From contig MCFE01000151.1 in assembly GCA_002104905.1 (NCBI GenBank), forward strand, positions 62,001 to 126,000: DNA of 64,000 nt. Direction: 5' to 3'. Position numbers and translations under genes: made by a program. This DNA is from Basidiobolus meristosporus CBS 931.73 (taxonomy: Eukaryota; Fungi; Basidiobolomycota). The notes beneath the pieces are model-generated. The model ran no database searches. It was not told where the DNA came from and was given only the letters and a program-made list of their open reading frames with translations. Positions 12,820 through 26,143 of the stretch are shown piece after piece (within the stretch, counting starts at the first letter, position 1; the number at the start of each line of letters is the position of its first letter).

Positions 12820-14560
12820 GTCAAGATCTCTATTGGTCACCACAGATCTGAGTGAATTGGATCAAGTTCTCACTGAGTTTCTATCACCCCAAAGCTCTTG
12901 AACTGTTGTCTGGCTTATCTCCCATGTGCACAAGCTTCACAGTGTTCCAAATTGGCTGGGGAATTGATTTTTACTCTAGAAACCAGCTGATTCTTAATCA
13001 TTTTACACTAATGATCAAAATCAATGTGACCAAATCTTCTAGGCTAATGCATTAGTGTTTTTTCATATATTTTACTTATATTGGCTTCAAAATGTGACAG
13101 AATATAGGCCAACTTGTAAAGATTCTGATCTTGGATACCAATGGTAATATGGGTACCATTTGGATCAGTGATGCTATAACCTGATTTATCAAAGCTCAAA
13201 TTGAGTCCTTCTGCAGTGGTGCTACTTTCAGATAGTAGGTATAGCTCTTAGACATTTGAGTGGCTCAGTTTCCCATTTATGCAGGCTTCACAGTGCTCTA
13301 AATTAGCTGGGGGATCAATTCTTACTCCAGAAATTAGCTTATTTTTGATCATTTTATGCAAATACTCAAATTGATGTGTTCAAATCTCCGGTACCAAGCA
13401 TTGGTGTTTCCTCATTTAGCTTACTTATATTGACTTTCAAATATGATCAAATATAAGTCAACTTGTAAAGATTCTGATCTCTGATGCCCAAAGCAATATG
13501 GGCACCATTTTGATCAGTGATCCTGCATCCAGAATTGTCAAAACTGAAACTGAGTCCTTCTGCTGTGGCCTTGATTACAGATTGTAGGTTTTTAACTATT
13601 TCTTGCACTCAGAGTACTGCTTTGAGGGTAAGTGTATGGCTTCCTTCACTGTTTCTAGGGTTAACTTGGATAGTTCCCTCTCCAACTGCAACAAGTGTTC
13701 AATTGTCATGAATGAAAACCTTCGTAATTGGAGTGCCTTGATGTTAGGTAAAAGTTCTTTTTGGCATGTGAAGTGTTGAGATGCTCTAGAGTCAATGTAC
13801 CATGTTTGAGAATCCTTGTTTGTGGTTGTAGCCAGCATGTATATGAGTAGTCAATCATTGGCTATTAAATCATTTCCATGTTCAGGTTGCTTTTGCTGAT
13901 TATTTAACTTTTGATGCACTGGACTAATGTTTGTCCTTTCCTTTTGCATTAGTTGCAAAACAGGTTGCTGTGACCTTTAAAGAGTCATGATTACCTCCTT
14001 TGTTGGTTATCATTGTTTTTTAAAGGAACTTATTCTTCCTTCTTATTGGTGCCTGATTCTCTTAATTCTTCATTCAGGTGCCTTCCATCTGAATAATTTA
14101 AGATCCAATCTGCAGTTCTGAACTCCGGGCTAATGCAAGGCCCCAAAATATATCTTTCTGGCTACTCAGGATGGTCACTATCACATCTTCATCAGTAGCT
14201 GGTATACCTTGAGATTCCATCTCATCTACTAGCAGGATAGTTCTGTTAATTTGATTTTCCTTTCTCCTCCAGGCAGCAAGTATGTAGTAAAGAATTGTTG
14301 TCTAAAAAACATTTACATAGGAGCTGAACATAACTGGTAGGTGTCATCTAAAGCCTTCAAGGCATTCTTTGCTGCTTTTACTCCTGAGCATTGAATTGAC
14401 AAATATTCATGTTCTGGGTACAAGAAGTATCAGTGAAATATTCCAAGTAAATCCCAAGAAGGAATATAGTCAGCATTTTCTAAGATATGTAGGTAATGAT
14501 CTATGCCACTAAGCTGGGTGAATATTCTAGGCAAACTACAAGATTTTGCAATAGTAATAG
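12820..14560 (-). mobile_element. Copia family B fragments (two adjacent pre-integrase copies, protease, gag, LTR remnant)
   Basis: ORF TNKDSQTWYIDSRASQHF at 13596-13838. 12930-13250 and 13260-13580 are two diverged copies of the same segment. Confidence 0.75.
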
Positions 14561-14919
14561 TATTAAAGAAGAATGGGATATTACTAATGAGATAAAATAT
14601 AGATAAGTGTAGAATTACATTTATGAAGACAAACTTCTTGGAACAAGTTAGACTTATCTATCACCCTGGATGGCAAACAGAGCTGAGCCAGCAATGGATG
14701 TAAGTGACTATTCTGGCTGTAAGGTATGTTAATCCCAAGTAGCAGTGACAATGCCATCAAGTTTCTGCTCTAATACTGTATGAATGCTAGCAGTGTCAGG
14801 CTAATGAGAATTAGTGATCAGCCAAGCTAACTGGTAGAGTACTTATTTAATGAGAACTTGTTAAGTGTAATGACAGAGGCACAGTCATATAAAATGGTGC
14901 TTCAAGTATATGAGTAATG

Positions 14920-15135
14920 TCCCTAGTATTTTCCAGCTCTTCCTTGCTGTCCTCCATGTGCCAATTCATCACATCTATGACCTACCTGCAGGTCATATTC
15001 TAGATGAATCCAGGATATTGTGGTACTTGCACCTTGATTCATCTTCTGATCTCCTCAAACATCTGCTGCATAGGAAACTCTCACAAGGTGAAGTGAGGCT
15101 CAATATTCTACACACACCAAGCAAGATGGAGTAGA
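14920..15135 (-). pseudogene. Fragment of CACTA/CMC transposase (C-terminal part)
   Basis: Reverse complement aligns with 25270-25500 of the transposase pseudogene. Confidence 0.7.
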
Positions 15136-15139
15136 GAAT

Positions 15140-17930
15140 GTATTACAAGTCTTGATTTAAGAGTTGTAAAGGAATAGTGAGCTAGCTAGTATTGTATTCT
15201 GTTGTGTTGTATTACAATTAGTTTTGGGCTTGTTCTACAATGTGTAGGCTAATTAAATGTACAACAACTACCAGTATGCTAATACTGAAATAATGTTTTG
15301 GGAGTTAGACATACCAATAGAAGATATAACTTTTACTAATATCCTCAATCCTAGGCTCAAAACATACTGTAGACAATGTTTCTCACTTGTACAACAGTAT
15401 TCTGACCTTATGTCAGCTATGAAGCTTATTTACTTTTAGCATAACCTTTCCTTATTTGGAAGTCACTTTCCTTTCTGAGAGAGTATTTCCTGATATGGAA
15501 ATTCTGAACGCTCCTTTAGCCTAAAGGGGTGTGGTGTAGAAGTCTCTAAAGGGGTGTCTAAAGCAGTATCTTTGGAGTAAAGGGGCTATGTACAGTGGTC
15601 TCTAAGGTAGACTTCACACCAAAGGGGTGCCTAAATTGATTTCTTTAGAGTAAAGGGGCTTCTTAGGGGGGACTTCTCCAGCAGAAAAGTAGTAGCTTTC
15701 TTATAGAACTTAGATTGGATTCTTGTGAGCTTTGCAATCTCTTTACTGATGTAGTACCAATCAAAGTCAGAATACTCAGCAGTGCAAATGATACAGGGGA
15801 AGTCTTATATTCTTTAAACTTGTATATGTAGTGTGGAGATTCTGGAAAGGAAGGCTCTCTTTTATTTATTATCTGGGAAGTTTTATGTATGAGAATTCTG
15901 AAGGATCAAAGTTTTTGCTCAGTTGCACAAGTAATACATGTGATACAAAGCTAAAATTTCTGCAGTGGCACAGACTGAAAATAGGCACAGCACCCATGAA
16001 ATTTTCACATAATTGGATTGGCTGGTTCAAAAGTTACACTCAATTGAAGTCACCATAGTAATCCTAGGAATAGAGGCCTAGTGAATATGGTAAATGGACT
16101 CTTTTGATCATAACTCCTTAAGTACTGCTTCAAATTAGCTGAAATTTGAAACATGTGTTGGCCATTTTGTGCTCTGCATGACATAATATTCTTGGGTGGA
16201 CTGCCTGTCAGGTCATGAGCTTTTGTCCTTCAAGCTTGGAATTTCTTGATCTTTGATTTGTGAACTACAATAGCAAAAGCAAAATAAAGAAACGAGTGCC
16301 ATATTAGTTTTGAGACATTGTAGTATTGGAATGCTTTCCATTACCACAACTTGCTAAACTTGAACTCAATTTGATTGAGGTTCCAAAAGCTCCTTAAATT
16401 CAATATGCCAGATCTTTTGCTGGCTAATTGTATTTGCTAATGTAGGTTGTAGCCAATTCCTCATTTCATTGCATCATCATCACCCAATGAGATCCTACTT
16501 AATATATCTATTCCTGTCTGATAAGGATCTGCTGACTCAGTTGTAGACTGGTTTTACTAATTTGATGGATGCTATTGATATAATTGTGGGTTGAACATAG
16601 TACTAATTGATTAGACTAAAAACTGATATAACTTAAAATTTCAACAGTGGATCATACCATTCTCCCCTACTAAGGTTGAGATGGTTCTCCTGAATCTCTT
16701 TTTGTGTGATACCAGTATCTTGATGGTTCAGTGCTGTCAGTAAGTCTTGCAAGCCTGAGTCTGTCTCTATGAACTAAACTTTGTTAGATATTTCCTTGTT
16801 TGTCCACTAGTTGGTAAGTTGCAAATGGACATACTCTAATAACCTTGTTTGGTTCCATCCATTGTGGCTCAAACTTCTTCCAAGTTTTGTTTCTCAGCAA
16901 TACAAAGTTCCCAACTGTCAAGGCTTCTGGTGATACAGTCTTATCAAGTCTCTGCTTCATCTTTTCTGCACTTTGAGATACTTTAGCCTGTGCCTCTTGG
17001 CATCTTTGTTCCAGTTGCTGGTGTCTACTTGGCTGACTGAGTTCATCTTCTAAGGTGTTGGTAAGCTTTGTTTATGTGAGATCTCCTGGAATCCTTGGTT
17101 CACATCCATATATTAAGTAAAATGACAATTGTTGGGTGGTGTTGTGTACTCCAACTCTGCATGCAAAATGTGCTTAGTCTATATACTCATCCCATCTACC
17201 AACAGCTCCATTTGCATACTTGGTTGATATTTTTCAAAATAGTTGATTAAACCGCTCACTGACTCCAATAGTTCTAGGGTGATATGCTAAGGTTTGCAAG
17301 TGTATGATCTGCTGCATTTCCCAGTAAGCTTTCAATTTCATTGGCATAGAGTTTGCTCCTCTATCAGCTAAAATATCTCCAGGGCATCCAAGCTTCATAA
17401 AAATCTCCTGGTAGATGAAACTTGCAGCTTCTAGCTCACTGGCTACTGGTACAGCTTTAACCACTGGCCATTTAGTGGCATGTCCAATTGCTGCTAGGAT
17501 CCAACATTTGCATATCCTGGTGGTTGGCAGTGTTCCAATAAAGTCAATTCCCCATCTCTCAAATGTACTTACAAGGTCTAAGGCAAAGAGCTCAATAATT
17601 ATCTGTAGTTGGCTCTGGTTGATTTGGCAACTTGGGCATCTTTTCACTAGCTTCTCAATGTCTTGTTTGATTTTGTGCCAGCATGCTCTAGCTTTTACAA
17701 GGCTATCAGTTGCTTCAATTCCAAGATGTCCATATCCATTGTGTAGCTTATGTTATAAAGCCAGGCAAGCAACATAAGGGCAATATGCAACAGGTCTTCC
17801 ATCAACAGTTTAGTAGTGTTTCATCCTATAATACAAATTTGCTGGCTTCATCCTGGATTATCTTCTTGATATCTTCATCTGTTGAAATAATTAGAGAACC
17901 ACCTAGTTATTAATATATTATGAGCTAGCA
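15140..17930 (-). mobile_element. Gypsy family G2 remnant: integrase, PPT and 3' LTR-D (split by a G1 LTR)
   Basis: HNGYGHLG...CPSCQ zinc-binding motif and FERWGIDFIG...ADRGANS integrase core at 17234-17750. PPT-like AGTAGGGGAGAA near 16660. Confidence 0.78.
15200..16348 (-). repeat. Old solo LTR of gypsy G1
   Basis: TGTTGTGTTG...TTACCACA, diverged match to 33946-35041. Host LTR-D continues on both sides. TSD decayed (ATTC/ACTT). Confidence 0.85.
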
Positions 17931-18329
17931 CTTAGTTCAATGACCCATTTCACAATATTAACTTGGAAATTAGTTGTAAGATATTTTTAATTATCAGAAA
18001 TTAGTGAAGTACAGAATTTTAGAAAAATCTAAGACTTGTTAAATGAGCTCAAACTTGGCACATATGCTCCTGAGACTCCCCTATTAATGAGCAAATAATT
18101 ACATGTACATAGTTTTGCAAAAAGTACAAATACTTTGTGGCAACTGAACAAACAACAAGTGAGTATCATGTGAATCTTCAAATTCTCCAATTCACTTTCA
18201 ATAACTCTCTGATATTTCAACATGATCTGCCTCATTAAGGCTGGAAGAGTGCCAATAAGGGAAAAGCAGGCAGATGCAGATGCACCAGCAAGCTTTTTAC
18301 CAAGGAAATGGCATAGTTCTCCTCAAGAA

Positions 18330-20147
18330 ACATATGAAAAATCAATGAGATGATCCTGTCAAAAGGCCGCTGTAGTGGGGTCACAGTGACACCCACAGGC
18401 AGATGTGCTCATTCTCATACGTTCACTTCCCTAAAAAAGGATTACCCCCCCTATATTAGTATCATCCCAATTGCAATAATTTCTATTCTATCTATGTGAT
18501 TATTACTATGCAACCTGACAGACTATTTGTCACTATTAACCCATTGCACAAGCTATTCCTATTCCTTGCCAAGATGCCAAGATACGATAGTTACCATATA
18601 AGGCAAGTACCCCAAACAGTGCCCATGTCATGTGACCTTCTTGGTTCCATAACCCTCCTATCCTACTTCTATAAGAGGCAACCTCGTGACACATGGGTTT
18701 CATATTACCACTACCTGATTTGCTAGGCGCTACTATGTCTCATGGAACAATCTGCCAAGAATTTGCGATATTTTTAGTACACAATGACATGATTGGCTGT
18801 CTACTACCTTCTCAAAACTTTGCAAAGTATTTTATAGCAAGAATTTGAGCAGCAAAAAAAAAAGTATATAAGGGAGGCTATCCCTTAAAATAAATCATCC
18901 CTCTTCCAATATTCTGACTTATTGATTAGTGAGAACACCGCTGCCTATTACCACTATTTTCTTACTCAGACCTGACAATACTCCCAGGAAACTGCGCTGA
19001 CAGCCAACTGATCTTGGAGGCACTACTTGTGAGGAATACTCAGAGTAGGTATATTTTATTATATTTGTTTGTTTTCCCAAGTTTGTTCTTGTACAGGCAA
19101 AGATACTTTTAAGTGTTTGTAACTATTGGTCAAAGCTGAATCCTTATCAAGTCCCTGCTGGTGGAGTTTATAGTTTTTTTGACTTTGGAAGCTTTAGTAC
19201 ATTGTCATCTCAAAGGATGTCAAAGCCAATATAAGCTTTTGTTAAGACGCCAACTAAGTTGGGGATTGTAGTTCAATAGTTTTCCCTTGACAAGCTTGAG
19301 GCTTTATCCCCCTTCACATTAGAGTAGACAAAAGACCCAGTACTCCTAGCAAGGTTTTGCCAGAGGTTATTACACCCAGTGAACACCCCACACACATTCA
19401 TACTTGAGAAGTGTTGGCTGTATTTTGCCCTTTGGACTTATACACCACCACAGCAGCAACAGCCAAGCATATGTTTGCAATATGTATGTGCTACCAGCAG
19501 TACAAGGTATATGGCAATTTTGCAAGTATGACACTAAAAAGCCATAAAGTTGAGGAGATAGAAGTATGTCAATTGCGGCAGGTGTGTGCGTTTGTAGAGG
19601 TTAGTAAGCAGGAGGCCATAGTTTTTTTGATTCAAACTATATGTGGAATACCCAAGGTAGTAGTGGGTAAGCAAATAAAGAGGGGTAATTCTACAGTGGA
19701 ATATATGAATTGCACAAGGGGAGGTAGAAAAAGGAAATACTATTTGGTAAATTGGTACAGTGGCATTATACAGAACCAGCAGTAGGCTGTCATAATGCCA
19801 AAAAAATGCCATCAGAGTCTTGCTGTGAGGCCATCAAAATACTGTCAAGTTTCTTGCCATATAAGGCAATTGGAAGTCCTGGCCAACTGGATTCACTTAA
19901 AATATTAATAGAGCGCTGAAAAACTGCAACAATACCATGAAAATATTGTCACAGCACTAATAAAAATTGTCAAGTTTTATCCCTTTATGTGGCTGTAAAA
20001 TTTGCAAAACACTGTCATGATCTTGTTATAAAATCATCAGGAGGGTCACTAATTCCAAGCTGCTGTTATTATGACAGTCTCTAAACGGGATCTTGATGGA
20101 TGATCTGGATTGGATCCACCCGTAGGACCAAATTATTTTACATAGGG
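18330..20147 (+). mobile_element. Internally deleted CACTA/CMC derivative (1818 bp) with both ends
   Basis: Left end ACATATGAAAAATCAATGAGATGATCCTGTCAAAAGGCC matches the reverse complement of the ends at 32985 and 49580 (CCCTATGAAAAA...). Right end is ...CATAGGG. 3-bp TSD GAA. Transposase 3' part at 19453-19790. Confidence 0.78.
18371..19452 (+). repeat. Solo LTR related to family C
   Basis: TGTAGTGGGG...CACCACCACA. Both ends align in reverse to the ends of 26144-28194. TATA-like GTATATAAG near 18865. No TSD. Confidence 0.6.
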
Positions 20148-20876
20148 GAAGCACTTAGTCAAAGTAGCCTTGAATGATCTGGCAGTGATAAAAACAAGCA
20201 GCTACCTCAGGAGCCTGTTACAGCATGTGCCAAGGGCTCCAAAAAAGCAGGAAAGAAGCATCAGGTTGCCTGCAGTGTGCAAGCAATGGGCAAGCAGGCC
20301 AAAACAGATGCATCAGAGCAGCATTCATCCAGGAGAAAGTGTAGTTTAATACAAGAAGCAAGCAGAAAAGCAACAGTGAAAGACCAGGCAGTGATGAAGG
20401 AAAAGGTAAAGGCGTGAAGGTCATTGCAAGCCAAAGACAGCAAAGCATAAAAAACCTGCAGTTCTTGCCAATTAATGCTGTTAGCCTGGAACAGACTGGG
20501 TCCCATTCTAGCTGAGAGTAGTTACCAACAAGAAAACTGCTGTTTTCATAAGATTTGAAAGCGCAGCCAGAAGAGCTACACCCCAGCAAGGTAGATGAGT
20601 TTGCAGAGATATGCAATTGGGCTACCACAGCCTCCATGTCCTCCATTGTGGATAGAGTGGAGATCCCACCAGCAGACAAAGTAGCAATGTCAAGAACTTG
20701 AAGAGTTATCACAATGCCTTTGGTGGAATTTCAGTATGTTGATATGTACACCAGGAGGTTGCAGCACTTCCTCAAGAGCGGTGCTCAAGAAAATGCACTT
20801 GAATATTGCAAGAACCTATTGCAAAGACTGGCAGATGAGGAGCTAGACCTTGTATTGGCAGCTGAAGACCAGGATG

Positions 20877-22825
20877 TGTGGTAATGGAAAGTATTCCTTT
20901 ACTACAATATCTCTAAACCAATATTGCACTCATTTCTTTATTTTGCTTTTTGCTATTGTAACACACAAGTGAAAGATCAAGAATTTCCAGCTTTGAAGAA
21001 CAAATGCTCCAGACCCTGACAAGCAATCCACCCAAGAATATTATATCATACAGAACACATAGTAGCCAATACATGCTTCAAATTACAGCTCATTTGAAGC
21101 AGTACTTAAGGAGTTATGAGCAAAAGAGTCCAATTATTATATATACTATGCCTTATTGCTAGGATTACTATGGTGACTTTAGGCGCGTTTAACTTTTGAA
21201 CCAGCCAGACAAATCACGTGATATTTTCACAAGTGCTGCGCCTATGTCCAATCTGCGCCACTGCAAAATTTTAGCTTTGTCTCATGTGTATTGCTTGCGC
21301 AATTGCCCAAAAACTTTGATCCTTCAAAATTTTCATATATATAACTTCCCCAGCTGAAAAATAAAGAGAAAGCCTCTCTTTCCAGAATCTCCACACTACA
21401 ATTACAAGTTTAAAGGTTATAAGACTTCCCCTGCATCACTTGCACTGTTGAGTATTCTGATTTTGATCGGTACTACATCAGTAAAGAGACTGCAAAGCTC
21501 ACAAGAATTCAATCTAAGTTCTACAAGAAACTACCACTTTTCTGTTGGAAAAGTCCCCTCTAAGAAACCCCTTTACTCTAAAGACCCCTTTAGAGACCCC
21601 TTTAAGAAACCCTTTTACTCTAAAGAAGCCCCTTTAGGCCCCCCTTTAGTGTAAAGTCCACTTTAGAGACCACTACAAGAAGCCCCTTTACTCTAAAGAC
21701 ACCCCTTTAGACACCCCTTTAGGTCTAAAGACCCCTTTAGAGACTTCTATAACACACCCCTTTAGGTTAAAGGGGAGTTCAGAAATTCCATATTAGCAAA
21801 TATTTTCTCAGAAAGGAAAGTGACTTCCAACTAAGGAAAAGTTACTATCAAAGTAAATAGACTTGTTCCGTTGGATAGTTCCACATTGAGCCATGAGTGC
21901 CAAATGATGCCATAGTGTGCCAGAGAGGCCAAGTGAGCCTATACTTGGCCACAGAGTGTGAAAAATAGATCTGCATCTTCATGCAAAGCATCCTCTGTGT
22001 TTCACCTATGATGCAAGAGAAAATCCATATTTTGACATTTTTTTGTGGATCACTATTGTGCAGGATGTGCAAGAGCACTAAAGGATTGAAGATATACATC
22101 TGGTACTCAATACCCATGGCACTCTGAATCTAGCTCCTGTGGCTTGTAACATGTCACAAAAATGCATGGCACTATCTTGGTCCACTGGTACTATCTGGCA
22201 CTATAAGTGCTTTGTATTGATCTTACTTTAGGGCTAATATTTAAATATAGTGCTGGATGGTACCAGTGGACCAAGATAGTGCCATGCATTTTTGTGACAT
22301 GTTACAAGCCACAGGAGCTAGATTCAGAGTGCCATGGGTATTGAGTACCAGATGTATAACTTCAATCCTTTAGTGCTCTTGCACATCCAGTACAACATTG
22401 ACCTAAAAAAAAAGGTCAAAAAATGGATTTTCTCCATCACAATGAGTGAGACACAGGGGCTGCTTTGCATGAAGATGCAGATCTATGTTTCACACTCTGT
22501 GGCCAAGTGTAGGCTCACTTGGCCTCCCTGGCACATTATGGCATCATTTGGCACTCATGGCTCAATGTGGCACTATCTAACGGAACAAGTCTAATAAGCC
22601 CATTAGCTGGCAGAAGGTCAGAACATTGCTGTAGAAGTGATAAACACTGCCTATAGTATATTTTGAGCCTAAGATTGAAGAAATTAGTGAAAGTTATATC
22701 TTCTATTGGTATATCAAACTCCCAATAAACTATTTCAGTATTAGCATACTGGAAGTTGTTGTATATTGTTGATTAGCCTCTATATTGTAGAACAAGCCCC
22801 AAGCTAATCATAATACAACACAACA
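20877..22825 (+). repeat. Solo LTR of gypsy G1 containing a foldback insertion
   Basis: TGTGGTAATGG...CAACACAACA with a perfect 4-bp TSD GATG (20873-20876 and 22826-22829). Confidence 0.92.
21859..22592. mobile_element. Foldback / MITE-like palindromic element, 734 bp
   Basis: Arms of about 345 bp (21859-~22205 vs ~22245-22592) around a ~40-bp spacer. Termini AGACTTGTTCCG...CGGAACAAGTCT. Comparison with uninterrupted LTR copies gives a 3-bp TSD AAT. Confidence 0.88.
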
Positions 22826-23215
22826 GATGTATGGGAACCAGTGAGTGAACAACACAAAAAGTAGTAGGGTTTCCACCAAAGTTTTGTAAACAGAGCATTA
22901 AAGCAGATATATCCATTGAGTGGAGGATCTTGATAGAGTTACTTGTTGAGTGTGGGGTTGGGCTTAATGTTAGTGTAGGGAATAGAGACTTGTATAAGTC
23001 AATATAATTGGCAATTGAGGTACAACTGAAGTTTCAACAGAAATAAATCAATCTGTATGCATGAAAAGTAAGAGCATTGGTTGGGTCAGGAAGTAAGGTG
23101 TGTGAAAAAGAGGCAATAGTCAATAAATGCACACAAATGTAGGAGGTGAAAGAGCATCTGGCATCAGAAAGTAGGAAAGCTGACAGAGAACTAATCAAAA
23201 GCCACTTTTGTTTAA

Positions 23216-26143
23216 ATCTCACACTCATGTAGGCTTAATGTCTCAAATACAAGACTGTCTTAAGTTCACAAGAGTATTGACCAAAAAGTGATATAACAGT
23301 GTTATGTTGTTAAAGGTCAAGCTGTTTGCCCCATGGACAAGACTACTTTGACTTAACACTGTCAGAGAAGAGAAAAAAGACCATGTGGCTATTGTGGCAA
23401 GCCTCTCATCCATGAAGCATGCAGACAGCATAGGAAGTATTACAAGGATCATGGCCAGTATTTTGCCACTCAATTCATATTTTACCATTCATTGGTCACT
23501 ACTATACCAACATTATCTTGCCAACCTGTTGATACTTCTGCATTGGCACCTTGCCGTCTTTGTCACCTTGGGCAAACTGAGTCAGGTGAGTTTGTGACAC
23601 CTTTAGGCTCACCTCAGCCTTCTGAATATGGCATGCAGAGTGCTAGCTCTGACAGTGAAGGTTCACTGATGCATTTTGAGCCTATCCCCTATAACAACTG
23701 TATCACGTATGAACCTGGTCAAATCCTTATATGCAATGCGACCATACACATTGAAACAAATGCCAAGGATACTTTATGGAGCCAAGTGAGCCCAGTAATA
23801 CATCTACTGGTGAATGATATAATGTTGTGACTAGAGAAGTGGCATGTTTCCACTGATATCAGTAATTGGGGCTTTGGGAATTTATTACTACTTCTTGCCA
23901 AAATTATACCAGGATGCAACTTACCATGTACATAGTACAAGTGGACTACCATCATGTGGCTGGCAACATATGATCCAGAGACTGAGCTGATTCCAGCATG
24001 TGTAAACAGTTGCATGGCATTCATATCCAAAAATGCTACCATTGCCACATGTCCAAATTGTCAGGAATCCACCACCATTGAGGGAAAACATCATTCATAC
24101 TCAGGATGTATTCCAGTCATACCCCATCTGAGGAAGCTGATGCAGTCCAACAAATGTTGCAAAGCTATACAATACCACACTCAGTATCAATCAAGTGCAA
24201 GCATATCCAATATATTTGATTGCAAACATTGCAAACAGCTAGGAAGCAAGGGCTACTTTGAAGGTATGTATGACTATGCCTTTACTTTAGCACTTAATGG
24301 ATTCTCATTAAATAAGTACTCTACCAGTATATCCAGCTGGCCACTAATTCTCATCAATCTGAATTTGCCACCTATCTTATGGTATCAGAGCAATAATCTG
24401 ATAGTAGTCTCACTGGTATCAGGGCCTAAATTGCTGTTCAACCTGGATAGCTACCTGAATCCATTGCAGGATGAGCTTTGTATGCTTTCCAGCAGGATAA
24501 CAGTAAATGGCTGTCATCTAAAAGTGCATATTCTTATCAGCATTGGAGATACCCCAGCCATCAGCAAGTTAGCAGGTTCTTCTGGGCACAATAGACAGTA
24601 TGGCCGTCAAATGTGTGAGATCCAGGGGATTTACTCCATCACTCACCCACATTATTATTACCCAAACACTGGCACTAAGAACATCATCTTTCCACAGAGA
24701 GAACATACAGAAGTCAGCATGCAATTGCAGCAAAGTTGGCAAGCTATAAGCAATCTACTGGAATATGGAATCAATTGGAAACCAGAGATACTTAGATAGA
24801 GGGTATCTGTTGATGCAAAAGCTTTCCACTGGGAGCAATGCATTTGCTTTTCAGCAATATCCCTATACTGATCACCAAGTTGTACATGAAGCATTTCAAG
24901 CTAAATATGCCCTTCAAGATACTGGAGAGATTTGAAAGAACTGGCAAGATATTACAGAGTATCTGCTACCCTGAGTACTTTTCACAGGCTCCAATTAATA
25001 TTCATATGCATATGCAACAATACAAATGCAAAGACTGGATGAACTGGATATGTATTTTTTCAAGAGGCATTCTGAAGCCATTACTACTAAGATTACATTG
25101 GAAGCATTGGGAGTCATGTGTGGACATTGTAGGAATATTTATCCAGAAGCAGATCACCAATGCCTACTTGACACATCTACTGCTGTTGTGTGGGGAGGTT
25201 ACAATGGGATTTGAGCGGCTATACTACAAACATAAAGCTGAGCATGTAGATCTCTGTTGCTACTGTATCCATTCTCTACACCATTTTCCATGGTGTGTGG
25301 AGAATATTGGGCCTTGCTTCACCTTTTGGGAGTTTCCTTTGCAGCAGATGTGTGGGGAGATAGGAAGACAAGTCAAGTTGTAAGTACTACCATATCCCAA
25401 TCTCATCAAGAATATTACCTTCAAGTCCATCATGGATGTGATGAGTTGCCACATGGAGGACAGCTAGGAAGAGTTGGAAAATACTGAGGACAAATGTGCA
25501 CATGGAGACACCTATGCCTATGGCATTAAGAAGCTAGGCAGCCCCAATGCGTGGATAATCAGTTAAGTAATGCAAAGTTGGGTTGGGTGCAACAAGCAAC
25601 TAATTTTTATTAGGAAGAATCTACCAAGGTATACTGGATTTCTCATGGTCACAAGCCAACTTCTATACCATTCAATATGGAATTCACACAGACAAAAGCC
25701 AGAGTGCACATATAAGGGTGACTAGAATCCAGCAGGGAGAAGGAATATATTGGCTAAATACCAAGAAGTTCTTTGCAGAAATTCAGGAGGTATTCATGGC
25801 AGAAGTGGCAACAACCAAGCATATGTTTACAAGATGTATATATTACCAGCAGTACAAAGTATATGGCAACTTTGCAAGTATCATACTAAAAAGCCATAAA
25901 GTTGAGATGATAGGAGTATGTCAGCAGCAGCAGGTGTGTGCATTTGTAGAGGTCAGTAATCAGGAGGCCATAGTTTTTTTTTGATTTGAACTATATGTGG
26001 AATACCCAAGGTAGTAGTGGGTAAGCAAATAAAGAGGGGTGATTCTACAGTGGAATAAATGAATTGCCAAGGGGAGGTAGAAAAAGGAAATACTATTTGG
26101 TAAATTGGTATGGTAGCATTATACAGAACCAGCTGTAGGCCAT
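23216..26143 (+). pseudogene. CACTA/EnSpm (CMC) Tnp2-type transposase pseudogene
   Basis: ACVNSCMAF...CPNC, SSWPLILINLNLPP, VSGPK..NLDSYLNPLQDEL, IGDTPAISKL..SSGH motifs typical of Transposase_21, then a DUF4218-like region (LHSLHHFPWCVENIGP..FWEFPLQQMCGEI). Stops and a frameshift. Confidence 0.85.

Larger units (their letters stand above)
18235..23215 (+). pseudogene. Interrupted copy of the CACTA-associated ORF2
   Basis: 18235-18329, 20148-20876 and 22826-23215 align with 31620-32820. Broken by two nested insertions. Confidence 0.75.

Noticed and set aside
15196-16352. Counting the oldest G1 LTR as a fifth clean CWTC insertion
   Set aside because: The flanks ATTC/ACTT do not match each other, and the uninterrupted host homologue reads ATTC, so it is only partial support.
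21848-22594. Two similar opposed ORFs (MGIEYQMY...) suggesting an inverted gene pair
   Set aside because: They are simply the two arms of the foldback palindrome and show no coding signature.
21856-22595. Tc1/mariner (TA TSD) or TAG-terminus assignment of the foldback element
   Set aside because: Against the empty LTR site, TA gives asymmetric ends and TAG termini leave only a 1-bp duplication.
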